64,000 nucleotides of DNA from an uncultured Methanosarcinaceae archaeon (GCA_963727895.1 CAVSHT010000009.1:1-64000); one strand, 5' to 3'; shown: positions 1 through 10,835, counted from the stretch's first letter. Notes: generated by a model from the sequence alone, not told the origin. Made by a program: numbers and translations.

Positions 1-411
1 TATAATTAATTATCAATGACAAAAATTTTATAAATAGAGTTTCGAGCTGGAGTCAAAAGTTGGTCATAGAGCAGGGATTTAATACATAAACTTAAACTGG
101 TTTTCATATTGTATTAAAATTGAATAAGGGACAACAAAAAGCCAGAATCAAAGCCTTTGAGAATCTTTTAAGAAAACAATAATTAAGACAGCTACTTTTA
201 AATACGAGCTACAGGTATTATTGGAGTAATCCCGGAAGAATATCTAGAGAATACTTAGGGAATGATCTCAAAGACTCCATATTAAGTTAAGACTCAATTT
301 AATTTCCTATTAAATTGTTAAATTCAAATAACAAGATTACAATACTCAGATTAAGTGTGAGTTAATTAAACTAAAATATAGTAAAACATAAAGCGTAAGT
401 AGTGGGTAAAA

Positions 412-1107
412 ATGAAAGCTATAACTCTCCTGAGCAGCGGGCTTGATTCTGTTTCAGCGCTCGCAATTGCAGCAGAAGACTTTGATATTGAGATGGCTAT
501 TACCTTTGATTATGGACAGAGGGCTAGAGAGAGAGAAATTGAGTACTCACGGAAGATATGTGAACATTTTGGAATTGAACATAAGATAATAAAACTGAAT
601 TGGCTTTCAGAAATAACATCTACCTCTCTAGTAAACAGGGACAGTGAAGTCCCATCCCTATCCTTCAAGGACATTGATGAGGCCGCTCCTAAAGAGATTA
701 CAAACGCTTCAGCAAAGGCTGTATGGGTTCCGAATAGAAACGGGGTAATGCTCAATATTACCGCAAGTTTTGCCGAAAGTAGAGAATGTGATTACCTTAT
801 CGTGGGCTTTAATGGAGAAGAAGCAGGTACTTTTCCGGACAATTCCCTGGCCTATGTGCAGGTAATGGACAGGGCTTTTTCCTATTCAACCCAGAATGGT
901 GTAAAAATACTGGCTCCTCTAATTAAACTTGGAAAAACAGAAATTGTAAAGAGAGCTCTCGAAGCAAAAGCACCTCTGGAGTATAGCTGGAGCTGTTACC
1001 ACGGCAGAGAAGTTCCCTGCGGAGAATGTGAAAGCTGTGTGCGAAGAGCTCGTGCATTTAAAAACGCAGGTGTAAAAGATCCTCTTCTGGAGAGACTTGG
1101 GATTTAA
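412..1107 (+). CDS. queC: 7-cyano-7-deazaguanine (preQ0) synthase QueC
   Basis: SSGLDS PP-loop, FDYGQR, VPNRN, C-x8-CGECESC zinc site; clustered with queE/queD. Confidence 0.95.
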   Translation: MKAITLLSSGLDSVSALAIAAEDFDIEMAITFDYGQRAREREIEYSRKICEHFGIEHKIIKLNWLSEITSTSLVNRDSEVPSLSFKDIDEAAPKEITNASAKAVWVPNRNGVMLNITASFAESRECDYLIVGFNGEEAGTFPDNSLAYVQVMDRAFSYSTQNGVKILAPLIKLGKTEIVKRALEAKAPLEYSWSCYHGREVPCGECESCVRRARAFKNAGVKDPLLERLGI

Positions 1108-1188
1108 TTCAGAACCCCAGACAAAGAGTTGAGGAAGTACATTAAAAAGAATTTGAATAGATGAGGAAAGATTTACAGAGAGAATCCC

Positions 1189-1749
1189 ATGAAATGCATT
1201 GTTTTACCTGATAAATTTGATTATGATGGTAGCCAGATATCATCTCTCTGGGCCTACAACAGTTTTGGAGTTCAGGAAGACTCTGTTGTAGTATTTAGAG
1301 GAGCTTGCGACGTAAAGATCGAACACATGATTGACCTGGAAGACCGAAGGGCAAACGAGTCAATCTGGTCTGAAGATATGGTAAGTTTTATTATCGAACA
1401 TTTTGATTCGACAGACCTGAAACTTATCTATGCACGCCAGCGCCTTTTTACAGCTCTTGTAAGAGAATACCTTTTAGATCTCGGAATACAGACGACGCGG
1501 GAAGGAGATGATCTTTTCCTGAAAGGAAAGAAACTGACAGTTTCGATTGCCAGTACCTCTGCAGTTTCCCAGAAGATCCATTTCGGCATAAACGTTTCTC
1601 ATAACGTATATGGAAATCTGAAAGAAGCCGGAATAAGTGAAGATAACAAAGTTACAAGTCTTATGCAGACAATCGGGGAAGCCTACATCCGAGAGTTTGA
1701 AGATATAGAAAAGGATCTTCGAAAATCCAGACCTCTGGGAGTGGTATAA
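1189..1749 (+). CDS. DUF366-family protein (biotin/lipoate ligase-like fold), function unknown
   Basis: YDGSQI, FRGACDV, REGDDL, KKLTVSIA, HFGINV motifs; stop overlaps queE start (TAATG). Confidence 0.75.
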   Translation: MKCIVLPDKFDYDGSQISSLWAYNSFGVQEDSVVVFRGACDVKIEHMIDLEDRRANESIWSEDMVSFIIEHFDSTDLKLIYARQRLFTALVREYLLDLGIQTTREGDDLFLKGKKLTVSIASTSAVSQKIHFGINVSHNVYGNLKEAGISEDNKVTSLMQTIGEAYIREFEDIEKDLRKSRPLGVV

Positions 1750-2510
1750 TGTCTTCTTCGGAATCAGCTCCTATAAGAGAAGTGTTCTGTTCTGTGCAGG
1801 GAGAAGGCCCATATGTTGGAACAAGGCAGGCTTTTATCCGCTTTTCCGGCTGCAATCTAAATTGCAATTACTGTGATACGGATTTTGCAAACCCCGGAAC
1901 CTGTGATTATGAACAGTCAGAAGGTAGCGGAAACTTTGAGAAACTCAAAAACCCTGTAAGTGTCGACCAACTGGAAGCTATGCTACGACCTTTCAAAGAG
2001 CTTCACTCAGTCTCATTAACAGGAGGAGAACCTCTTCTATATGCTGATTTCATTGAAAGACTGAACTTAGATTCATCGCTTTACCTTGAATCTAACATGA
2101 CTTTGCCTGAGCAGGCTAGAAAATTGACTGAAAAAGTTACTTATGTTTCAGGAGATTTTAAACTTCCAGAATCACTAAGAGGTATCGAGCTTGAAGCTCG
2201 GGAAGCACATTTAAAAAATACAATAGAATGTTTTAGGCTTTTGAGAAAAAACCACTCAAGAGATTGCTTTTGTAAGATTGTGGTAGACAGGAATACGGAA
2301 TTAGAAAACGTAAAGCCAGCTGTAGAAGCTATAGCTCCTTATGTATCCTGTGTAATTCTTCAGCCCGAAACCCCTATTGGCCGCAATCCAATGAATTCAC
2401 AATCAATACAGGCGTCTGTACAGAGAATTATGAAACTACAGAAAAATCTGCTTGAAATCATAGATACAAGAGTCATTCCTCAAACCCACAGGATGTGGGG
2501 TTGCTTATAA
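1749..2510 (+). CDS. queE: 7-carboxy-7-deazaguanine synthase QueE (radical SAM)
   Basis: SVQGEG, FIRFSGCNLNCNYCDT, LTGGEP, C-terminal PQTH. Confidence 0.93.
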   Translation: MSSSESAPIREVFCSVQGEGPYVGTRQAFIRFSGCNLNCNYCDTDFANPGTCDYEQSEGSGNFEKLKNPVSVDQLEAMLRPFKELHSVSLTGGEPLLYADFIERLNLDSSLYLESNMTLPEQARKLTEKVTYVSGDFKLPESLRGIELEAREAHLKNTIECFRLLRKNHSRDCFCKIVVDRNTELENVKPAVEAIAPYVSCVILQPETPIGRNPMNSQSIQASVQRIMKLQKNLLEIIDTRVIPQTHRMWGCL

Positions 2511-2591
2511 TTGAAGCTAAGAGAATAAAAGGCATTAAAACGAAGAATAAATGCTTAAAAAATGATTTTTAATTAAAATGGGGCTTACAAA

Positions 2592-2945
2592 ATGACAAAA
2601 ATGAGATTGGGAGTCATTGATTATATTGACAGTGCCCACTATCTTCCAGGACATGGAAAATGCGGAAGAGTACATGGACATACATATAAAATAGAAGTTT
2701 TAGTAGAAGGAAAAGTTAAAGAAAATGGGATGGTCATCGATTTTTATGACCTGAAAAAAGGGATTAAGGAGACTCTTGGAGAATATGACCATATCCTGTT
2801 AAATGAAATCCTTGAATTTCCAAGTTCTGAACACCTCTGCCAGCAGATTCATTCACACATCTTAAAAAAATTTGGTTTCCCGCTGAAGGTCAGAGTATGG
2901 GAAGGAGAAGGAAAATGGTGTGAAATGGATAATTTTTCAGAATGA
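2592..2945 (+). CDS. queD: 6-carboxy-5,6,7,8-tetrahydropterin synthase QueD
   Basis: SAHYL, CGRVHGHTY, GMVIDF, PSSE, VWE motifs. Confidence 0.93.
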   Translation: MTKMRLGVIDYIDSAHYLPGHGKCGRVHGHTYKIEVLVEGKVKENGMVIDFYDLKKGIKETLGEYDHILLNEILEFPSSEHLCQQIHSHILKKFGFPLKVRVWEGEGKWCEMDNFSE

Positions 2946-3257
2946 TCATAGCTGATAAAGTGTACCCTGAACAGATTTAATACTCAGACACTATTCAAGG
3001 TGTACCGGAAATATGTTGAGAAACAAATTCACTGAGAAAATGTTATGTGGTGCTGAGTTTTTATATAATTAAAGAGATTTTATATACAGATATTTAAACT
3101 TGAAAATAATAAACTAGGAGAAGATATAGTAGAATTCTCCAGATTCAAGATAAATTCATAATGTATATTAAGCAGTGTATTATATGGTAGGTTAGACACC
3201 TTAAAGCCCCCTGCAACAAGGTTCTGCTGTTTAAAACTCCGAATGGAGGGAAGAAAT

Positions 3258-4223
3258 TTGCCAGAAGACAATCCTATAAACGATATAGACAGCCCTAAAT
3301 TTGACGAAGGACTCCTGAGAAAGATTGCCGAACATCCTTGCTATGACAGGAAAGCCCAGCACAAGTACGGTAGAATTCATCTGGCTGTAGCTCCGTCATG
3401 CAATATTCAATGTAACTTCTGCGTAAGGGAATTTGATTGTGTAAACGAGAGCCGCCCCGGAGTTACAAGTAAGGTTCTTACTCCACAAGAAGCCCTTGAG
3501 AAGACCAAACAGATCCTGACAGATTATCCCTTCATCAAAGTTGTCGGAGTTGCAGGTCCAGGCGATCCATTAGCCAACGAAGAGACGTTTGAGACCTTTG
3601 AATTAATAAAAAAAGAGTTTCCAGAACTTACGCTGTGTATGAGTACAAATGGACTCATGCTTCCTGAAAGGCTGGAGGATATTCTACGCGTGGGAGTTTC
3701 CACATTGACGGTAACGATAAATGCAATCGACCCAGAGATTCAGGCAAAAATCGTAGATCACATAGCCTATCATGGAAAGATATACAGGGGACTCGAAGGC
3801 GCAAAAATCCAGATAAAAAACCAGCTTGAAGGTGTCAAAGCGGCTGTCGATGCAGGTGTGGTTGTCAAAGTAAACACTGTGCTCATTCCAGGGATTAATG
3901 ATAAACATGTAATTGAAATTGCAAGAAAACTCAATGAATTAGGGGTGTACATAATGAATATAATGCCTCTTATTAACCAGGGAGCTTTTGAAAACATTGA
4001 GCCACCTACTGCTGAAGAGAGAAAAGCTGTCCAGGAAGCATGTGAACCTTACGTCCTGCAGATGCGCCACTGCAGACAGTGCAGAGCTGACGCTTATGGA
4101 CTTCTTGCTCAGGATATGTCACAGATGAGCGAAGAGCGAAGAAAGCTTATAAAAATTCAGACGAAAGATGACATAGAAAAAGCAAGAGAAATCCTTAAAG
4201 AAAATGGAAAACAGGAATCTTGA
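3258..4223 (+). CDS. nifB: Nitrogenase cofactor radical SAM protein NifB (stand-alone, no NifX domain)
   Basis: HPC, CNIQCNFC, NESRPG, AGPGDPL, CRQCRADA; likely TTG start at 3258 after GGAGG (ORF track starts at 3243). Confidence 0.93.
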   Translation: MPEDNPINDIDSPKFDEGLLRKIAEHPCYDRKAQHKYGRIHLAVAPSCNIQCNFCVREFDCVNESRPGVTSKVLTPQEALEKTKQILTDYPFIKVVGVAGPGDPLANEETFETFELIKKEFPELTLCMSTNGLMLPERLEDILRVGVSTLTVTINAIDPEIQAKIVDHIAYHGKIYRGLEGAKIQIKNQLEGVKAAVDAGVVVKVNTVLIPGINDKHVIEIARKLNELGVYIMNIMPLINQGAFENIEPPTAEERKAVQEACEPYVLQMRHCRQCRADAYGLLAQDMSQMSEERRKLIKIQTKDDIEKAREILKENGKQES

Positions 4224-4328
4224 AAAAACAGTAAATGTTTTCAAGTAAAATATCTCACCAATAGCAGTAATTTTTGGGTTATTGGGCGAAGAATCTTAGT
4301 AAAAATATGAATATAAAAACTGAAAAGA

Positions 4329-4346
4329 TGGAGTAAAAATACTCCA
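4329..4346. terminator. Short hairpin between convergent nifB and ferredoxin
   Basis: TGGAGTA-AAAA-TACTCCA perfect 7-bp stem. Confidence 0.35.
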
Positions 4347-4381
4347 CTTCTCAGATATATTTATAAAATTTACACAAAAGC

Positions 4382-4558
4382 TTACTCGAGTGTGATTGCG
4401 TTGTTCGGGCAAGCATCTTCGCATGCGCCGCAGTCAAGACACTCATTTTCATCGACAACTGCAACACTATCGTCGTTGAGAGAAATTGCAGCTGCTGGAC
4501 ATTCATCTACGCAAGATCCACATCCTGTACAGGAATCAGCATCAACTTTTGCTACCAT
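4382..4558 (-). CDS. 2x[4Fe-4S] ferredoxin, 58 aa (not in ORF track)
   Basis: Manual translation [58 protein letters not shown]; two CxxCxxCxxxCP motifs; GGAG RBS upstream. Confidence 0.95.
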   Translation of the reverse strand: MVAKVDADSCTGCGSCVDECPAAAISLNDDSVAVVDENECLDCGACEDACPNNAITLE

Positions 4559-4911
4559 TTTTTATTCACTCCGTATTTTATCAATAAGAGATTTTTATAT
4601 AGCTGAAAATATATTAAGTTGCCTTAATAACACAGACAAACTTAATAAAAAGCTGTCGCTTCTTTGACGTGAAAAAAGAAATAAAGGATAAACGGAATAG
4701 CTACTCCCAAAGATGTTCCAAGATAATTCACAAAAGGAGTTTTGTAGTTTATCTGCATGGTAGCGTACTAAAAGTGATACAATTACCTATAATCCATAGT
4801 TATATTACCGATCATCATACCTGTATATTGACTACTTTGTTTATAATGACATGTTATTATTGGTATTAGTAAGTGTACCCATATTTATTAAAAACAAAAG
4901 GAAGCCCGACA

Positions 4912-5892
4912 TTGAACCTAAAAGAGCTTGCAGAAAGGATAAAAAACTTTGAGGGAGTTTCCCGAAAAAAACAGATTGAGGATATTGTTTCAATTTTCGA
5001 AGCAGTCCGTCCGGAGTATCAGAATGCAATCGTTGATTTTGGAGACGACGCAGCTGTTATCGATATAGGAGGAGATGACGTTATCCTCTTTGCAGCAGAT
5101 GGGATGTGGGGGAGGATACTGGATGCCAGTCCCTGGTGGGCAGGCTATGGAGCTGTAGTTGTGAATGTAAATGATATTGCAGCAATGGGGGGAAAGCCTC
5201 TTGCTATGGTAGATATAGCTTCCTCAAACTCCGAAAAAATCTGCAGGGAACTCATGGAAGGACTGGCTGAAGGAGTTAGGAAATTCGGGGTTCCGGTCGT
5301 AGGCGGGCATGTTCACCCAGACACTGAATACAATTCTATGTCAGTTGCTATTATCGGGATAGTCAAAAAAGATTGCGTTATCCGGAGTGATACTGCTAGA
5401 CCTGGAGACCTTATTATTGCAGCCTATGATATGGATGGAAAAATAGGCCCGAATTCTCCTTACAGCTGGGATACGACATCTTTTAAAGCCCCTGAAACAA
5501 TTAAGCAGACATATCTTGTAACCCAGGAAATAGCAAACCGAAAACTTGCTACTGCGGGCAAAGACATAAGCAATCCAGGACTTATAGGAACTCTGGGAAT
5601 GCTCTGTGAAACAAGCGGAGTTGGTGCATCTGTTGACCTTGAAGTTATCCCGAAACCTGAAAATGTCGATTTTGAACAATGGCTAAAAGTGCATCCTGGG
5701 ACAGGTTATGTATTTACTGCAAATTCTGAAAATGCAGAGGAATGCAGAAAGGCCTTTGAAGAGGCAGGACTCACAGCTGCTATTATCGGAAAAATTGAGG
5801 CTGGCTCTAAACTCGACATGTATGACAAAAAAGACAGAGTAACAGTATTTGATTTTTCAAAGGAAGGCATTACAGGCATTTGTTCCAAATAA
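4912..5892 (+). CDS. Methanogenesis marker 2 protein (PurM/AIR synthase-like)
   Basis: GDDAAV, NVNDIAAMGG, VGGH, KDISNPG motifs; probable TTG start at 4912 (track start 4873). Confidence 0.85.
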   Translation: MNLKELAERIKNFEGVSRKKQIEDIVSIFEAVRPEYQNAIVDFGDDAAVIDIGGDDVILFAADGMWGRILDASPWWAGYGAVVVNVNDIAAMGGKPLAMVDIASSNSEKICRELMEGLAEGVRKFGVPVVGGHVHPDTEYNSMSVAIIGIVKKDCVIRSDTARPGDLIIAAYDMDGKIGPNSPYSWDTTSFKAPETIKQTYLVTQEIANRKLATAGKDISNPGLIGTLGMLCETSGVGASVDLEVIPKPENVDFEQWLKVHPGTGYVFTANSENAEECRKAFEEAGLTAAIIGKIEAGSKLDMYDKKDRVTVFDFSKEGITGICSK

Positions 5893-5999
5893 TTAGAACC
5901 TTCTTATTCACGGTTTACTGAAAATTTTTTGGATTTAGTGTTATCAAAAAGCACTTAGATTCCTTTACTCAGTTCCTGACCTTATTAACACTTATATTT

Positions 6000-6739
6000 G
6001 GCATTGGTACACAAAAATAGATATATATGCTTATAACATATATTTCTTCATTAACTGCCCAAAATGAAATAGTTCCAGTCACAAAAATAATGGTATAGTT
6101 GGCGGGCGTCAACGGTACAAATGCTCTGATTGTGGCTATAACTATACAGTAGAGCTAAAATCAACTGCTTTTTCCGCTTCTGTAAAAAGACAGGCTTTAC
6201 AACTCTATCTTGAAGGATTGGGCTTTCGCTCAATAGGAAGAGTTTTAGGGGTAAGTCATGTTTCTGTCCAAAAATGGATAAAGAAATTTGGTCAAGAGTT
6301 AGAGGACCTAAAAAGTGAAAATGAGATATCTATTGTTGAAATGGATGAGATGCACACTTACATCGGTAACAAAAAAAATATTGCTGGATCTGGATTGCTG
6401 TTGATAGAGTTGGGAAAAAGTTCATCAACTGCTCTTTTGGTAGCAGAGGAACGGAAACTGGAAAACTACTCTGGGCAAAATTGAAGAAAAAAGAGATTGG
6501 AGAAGTAATGACAGATCACTGGAGAGCATATGCAGAGTTTCTTCCAGAAAAGATCCATACTCAATCCAAAGCAGAAACAGTTACAGTTGAAGGATATAAC
6601 AGCATATTGAGGCACTTTCTGGCAAGGTTGAGAAGAAAGACAAAGTGTTATACGAAGAGTCTTGAAATGCTAAAGTACTCGGTTATTCTATTGATGAAAT
6701 ACAGAAATAAAGAACTAGATATATTTAGTTAACAATACC
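6000..6739 (+). mobile_element. IS1-family element copy 1 (740 bp), defective
   Basis: Ends GGCATTGGTA.../...TAACAATACC; 8-bp TSD TTATATTT (5992-5999, 6740-6747); insA start is ATT (6050) with TGA at 6065; A8 slippery run at 6371-6378; InsB motifs EMDE, TDHW, VEGYN. Confidence 0.92.
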
Positions 6740-6903
6740 TTATATTTTACAATATTTTACAATATTGAAAAAATGGTTAACTTTTATCACTGTTTGATCA
6801 GGGATTTTGTTTTCTCCAGACCGCTGGTCTGAAGAAGTTTAACAGGATCGTGAAATTGGTAAGTCAATGTAAAAAACTTACAGATTCAGAGAATTTAACA
6901 GAA

Positions 6904-7209
6904 TTACTGGTTTTCAATCCAAGCGTTCATTTCTTCATAGAGAAACTTTTCAGCAGCTTGAACCTTCTCCAGGGAGCCACGGAGAACCAGAATTTCTCTT
7001 TCTTCACTGTTTGCTACGCCTACAAACATCTTCCGGGTTACAGGTTCAAGCCCAAACTCTTCAACGATATCGTAAATAATAGATACAACTGTGCCTGGAG
7101 GGATTATAAGGTCATACAGCTGTTCAATATTCAGATCACTGCATTCTATATTTTCTTTTTCAAGCTGTTTTGCAGCAATTAATTCTTCCAGATTTAGTGT
7201 TTTATTCAT
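6904..7209 (-). CDS. Hypothetical protein (101 aa, acidic)
   Basis: Clean ORF with AGGTGA RBS; protein-like composition. Confidence 0.7.
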   Translation of the reverse strand: MNKTLNLEELIAAKQLEKENIECSDLNIEQLYDLIIPPGTVVSIIYDIVEEFGLEPVTRKMFVGVANSEEREILVLRGSLEKVQAAEKFLYEEMNAWIENQ

Positions 7210-7665
7210 TTAGATGTCACCTTTGTATTCATTTATAGTTTTTATTATCCTCAATCAGTTTATATGAATAGGGAACAAGTTTAGTCAAGAGGATGGAGTT
7301 TTTGTTTTAACATTTTTAAAGCAAGAGATAAGGTAAATCAGACTAATGTAAGGATGTGTCAGTTGTTGAAGAGAATCTTTTTTGTACCAACTTATGATAG
7401 GTATAATCATATTTATGATTGATTCTCATGAACATTATCTGTTACAGGTTGAAATTTAATTTTAAAGTACTTGTGCTTATAAATATTTGAGAAATCATTC
7501 AAGATCAAAGCAAATTAATAACTATACAATTAATAAGAACCAAAATATAAAGAACTGTACCCGCGATGTAAGAAGGTATTAAAAAAGTAAAACTTGAGGG
7601 AAAAGGTTCTAAGTAAGTCGATACTAAGCAAACTTTATCTGAAATGAAAATATAAGAGGATAGTA

Positions 7666-7980
7666 ATGCAACAGTATAAATTAAAGCGCGGTTTTAAGCC
7701 TGATATTGACAGAATTTACTCGGTAATGACGGAGTGTTTTTCCGGAGAAATCTCCAGAAACGAAGGAGTCGTTGAGACCTCCTTTGGAGCAATGTCAAAT
7801 ATAAAAGTCTGGATAGAGAATAAAATGCTTGCTGTGGACACGGTTTCTGATAAAACTGTAACTGATGATGAAACTGTCCTGAAGACAAATAAAGCCTTTA
7901 GGGATTTTCTTAATAAGGCTACCGGCTACACGGCAAAGGAGCGCATAAAAAATGCCAAGAAGGACGTCGGAGGGGAGTAA
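7666..7980 (+). CDS. Conserved archaeal protein (DUF5611-like)
   Basis: N-terminal YKLKRG, C-terminal FLNKATGYTAKER; GAGG RBS. Confidence 0.75.
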   Translation: MQQYKLKRGFKPDIDRIYSVMTECFSGEISRNEGVVETSFGAMSNIKVWIENKMLAVDTVSDKTVTDDETVLKTNKAFRDFLNKATGYTAKERIKNAKKDVGGE

Positions 7981-8050
7981 AATTCCTGGTGGCTTAATCC
8001 TGTTTTGAGATTCTTATACTATCTGGTAACTCCTACCTAGAGGTATCTTT

Positions 8051-8563
8051 TTGAGTATCGATTTTCTAGAAAAACTGAAGAGCCTGGAGATTCCCACCTG
8101 TCTGCGAGTCTGCTGTGGGACAGATGGATCAGTGACTTTCCTGCTGGAAATAATGACTTTAAAGGAGGTTACCGTGAAAACTGAATCCCAGTATACCTTT
8201 AAAGCGGATCAAGAAACAGCTGCCCTTCTGGGTGTAGCAGAAGGTAGCGAGGTAAATGACCGGATAGTCCGGCTCTTTGCAGAAGATACCGTTTTTGTCC
8301 AGGCAAGATCTCTTTCTCCTCTGGAACGTATGCCTGAGACAATGCGAGAACAGCTAATGAGAGCAGATATTCCAATAGGTAGAATCCTGCGCAGTCACAA
8401 CCTTGAAACAAGACGTGACATGGGAGAACTTGAAATACTGGAAGGGGATCCAACCTTTGATGGAATACCAATCCTTTCCCGTTCCTACAAAATAGTTCAC
8501 AAAAATCAGGTTCTCATGTGGATTAACGAACGTTTCCCAATCGATGAGCGCTGGAATTTATAA
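8051..8563 (+). CDS. Chorismate pyruvate-lyase-like protein (DUF98/UbiC-like)
   Basis: TDGSVT, ADIPIGRIL, INERFP motifs. Confidence 0.8.
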   Translation: MSIDFLEKLKSLEIPTCLRVCCGTDGSVTFLLEIMTLKEVTVKTESQYTFKADQETAALLGVAEGSEVNDRIVRLFAEDTVFVQARSLSPLERMPETMREQLMRADIPIGRILRSHNLETRRDMGELEILEGDPTFDGIPILSRSYKIVHKNQVLMWINERFPIDERWNL

Positions 8564-8706
8564 AGGAGATTAAGGGAAAAATGACCTAAACAATAAAATT
8601 GGAACAAAACAACTTTTTTGAGGCAACTATTCCCAATTTATTTAAAATGAATTTGCAGATTTTCCAGCAGTATTGAGAAAATTTTATTATGTTCCTGCAG
8701 TCAGTC

Positions 8707-8720
8707 GAAACCTTTATATC
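8707..8720 (+). promoter_or_regulatory. BRE/TATA promoter of tRNA-Thr
   Basis: GAAACC-TTTATAT about 40 nt upstream of the tRNA. Confidence 0.6.
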
Positions 8721-8759
8721 TCTGCTATGATATTTTGGAGATGCTCTTTGAGCATCTGT

Positions 8760-8831
8760 GCCTTGGTGGCTTAGAGGTATAGCGCGTCCTTGGTAAGGAC
8801 GAGGTCGCGGGTTCAAATCCCGCCCGAGGCT
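8760..8831 (+). tRNA. tRNA-Thr (anticodon GGT)
   Basis: Acceptor GCCTTGG/CCGAGGC, anticodon arm CGTCC-TTGGTAA-GGACG, T-loop GTTCAAATC, followed by oligo-T; CCA not encoded. Confidence 0.96.
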
Positions 8832-9142
8832 TTTTACTTTTGTTTTTTAGTTTTTTTAAATAGAGACAGGTTCATAGCTTATTTTCACTGGAAAGTAACC
8901 AGATGATGATTGGTATATAAACTAAATGTTTCTGCTCGTTTGGAATCTGTAGAAGATTTTTCTATAAATAAGACTCAGAACAGAATTTTTCTGACCTGTT
9001 TTATAGCTTCTGACCTGTATTTCCACACTGATTAACTGCATGTAGAAGTAATATATATCAAGCCAGTATCTGGCCTATTTGCCATAACCTTCCTCTTCCC
9101 AATGTGCTTATAGATCAGATACTTGGTCTACTCCGTTCGTTT

Positions 9143-9223
9143 TCAAGATTTATCCTTCGGTTCTTTAAAAAGGTCAGGATACTTTTCTCTCAATGACTTT
9201 TCTAACTCTTCATCTAATTTTGC
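9143..9223 (-). pseudogene. Detached C-terminus of the pentapeptide-repeat gene at 13036
   Basis: Reads AKLDEELEKSLREKYPDLFKEPKDKS* starting exactly at the IS6 end; resembles the tail of Methanosarcina pentapeptide-repeat proteins. Confidence 0.65.
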
Positions 9224-10080
9224 GGTTCCGTTGCAAAAAATCTTAGAATAAGCCTGCAAATCTATGAATAATGAATAAAAGTTAAAATATTCAAAAAGAT
9301 ATGTCAATATTATAGAACTATTCCAAATAATTGATAAATATATTTAGCTTCATTAAAGCCAGAGTAATTTAAGTTCTTGATTTGTCCTTTTTTAATCATA
9401 TTCATAGCTTCAATTCCTTTTAAAGTTTTAGTGGCTGTATGAAAAGACTGAAATCCTAACATTGGATTAACTATTCGTTTAATGGATCTATGATCTTGTT
9501 CTATAATGTTATTCAAATATTTGATTTGTCGAATGCCTACGTTTATAGGTAGTATTTTATCATTTTTCAGTTTATCTATAGCAGGTGGATAAGCTGGATT
9601 TTTGTCAACTGTGATTACTCTTGGAATTTGATTATGATTAGAGTTCAAAGCTTTTTTGAAGAATCTGTTCGCTGCTTTTTTATTTCGTTTTGCACTTAAC
9701 ATGAAATCAATTGTATCTCCATTTGAGTCAACTGCTCGGTAAAAATATTTCCATTCACCTTTAACTCTGATATAAGTTTCATCAACTCTCCAAGAATCGT
9801 TTGTTGGTCTTAAATGCCTTCTGACCTTCTTTTCGATTTCAGGTGAATATTGATGTACCCATCTCATAATGGTTGTATGGTTGACTATTATCCCTCTTTC
9901 TGCCATCATTTCCTTTAAATTTCTATAACTAAGTGGGTATTTTAAGTACCATCTAACATTCAATAAAATAATTTCACCAACAAAGTGCTTCCATTTAAAG
10001 GAATTAGATAGCATATCACTATCTTTGATTTCATTTTTATTTTAATTATATCCTTAGCAGATATTTTTTGCAACGGAACC
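9224..10080 (-). mobile_element. IS6-family element copy A (857 bp)
   Basis: Terminal IRs GGTTCCGTTGCAAAAAAT; intact transposase; no flanking TSD. Confidence 0.95.
9310..10014 (-). CDS. IS6-family DDE transposase
   Basis: LSYRNL, WRVDETY, TVDKNPAY, NNIIEQDHR motifs. Confidence 0.95.
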   Translation of the reverse strand: MLSNSFKWKHFVGEIILLNVRWYLKYPLSYRNLKEMMAERGIIVNHTTIMRWVHQYSPEIEKKVRRHLRPTNDSWRVDETYIRVKGEWKYFYRAVDSNGDTIDFMLSAKRNKKAANRFFKKALNSNHNQIPRVITVDKNPAYPPAIDKLKNDKILPINVGIRQIKYLNNIIEQDHRSIKRIVNPMLGFQSFHTATKTLKGIEAMNMIKKGQIKNLNYSGFNEAKYIYQLFGIVL

Positions 10081-10195
10081 TGAGTTACATATGAATCCAG
10101 GAACTGCTTATATAAGATTCAAAGTAGCAATATTTGATGGTGACAATATATTGGATATCTCAAATTGGAATGATTTTTCATTTATACAGTATTAA
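10081..10195 (+). pseudogene. Detached C-terminus of the PEGA-domain gene at 14900-15659
   Basis: Reads ELHMNPGTAYIRFKVAIFDGDNILDISNWNDFSFIQY* from the IS6 end; joins in frame to ...SDFTLF(I) at 14900 if 10081-14042 is re-inverted. Confidence 0.65.
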
Positions 10196-10835
10196 AGATT
10201 ACTTTTTATAACTTTAAATATATAAATATCAATTATAATTCCTTCAATTTAAAATATATCAATTATAATATCTTTAATTAAACAAATATTACTTACAATA
10301 ACTTGAATTAAGGATCTATACAAAAGGTACTTTTATCCAGTCTTATTTTATTCTTTTATTTCAGCTGCTTAAAAGTGGTTTAGATATCTTTTCTAAAAGA
10401 AGGATTTGCATATATAGCCGCTTCAATGAGAAGCTTTTGTTCTTTATCTTTTAGATTGTAGGTTTCGAGAGAGATCAATGCTCCCCTGTCATGCTAATAA
10501 AACAAGCTGTTTTTAAGATCTTATTAGAGTAAAGTACCAGATATATCTCATTCTGGTACTAATATGGTTTCCTTTAGGGTTTCCTTTTTTCGTCTGGGTT
10601 AATCTTTTATTCTGCAAAGTCTTGCCTTCTGAGACAAGCTTTAATAATATTAGTATTTTTAACTATATATACTTTTTTGCTCTCAATATCTTTATATGCG
10701 AGAACCTCATTCTTTTTATATGGCTACTGTTCTCTTTTTTTACTATTCAATAATCTAGAGAATCGCGAATTTCAAAATTTTAGAATACCGTAATCCTCCA
10801 ATCCTAAAATACTGGAATTCAAGGAAATTAAATAT

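Noticed and set aside
412..2945. Dpd-type 7-deazaguanine DNA-modification island
   Set aside because: No dpdA/TGT-like or dpdB-K genes; housekeeping context fits archaeosine precursor synthesis
4392..4869. Track ORFs 4392-4667 and 4669-4869
   Set aside because: Antisense shadow of the ferredoxin and AT-rich intergenic ORF without recognisable features
8586..8816. 76-aa minus-strand ORF
   Set aside because: Antisense to the tRNA and its promoter
10533..10560. 9-bp inverted repeat AGTACCAGA/TCTGGTACT as recombination site or origin
   Set aside because: Single short IR in decayed DNA, with no recombinase or rep gene nearby
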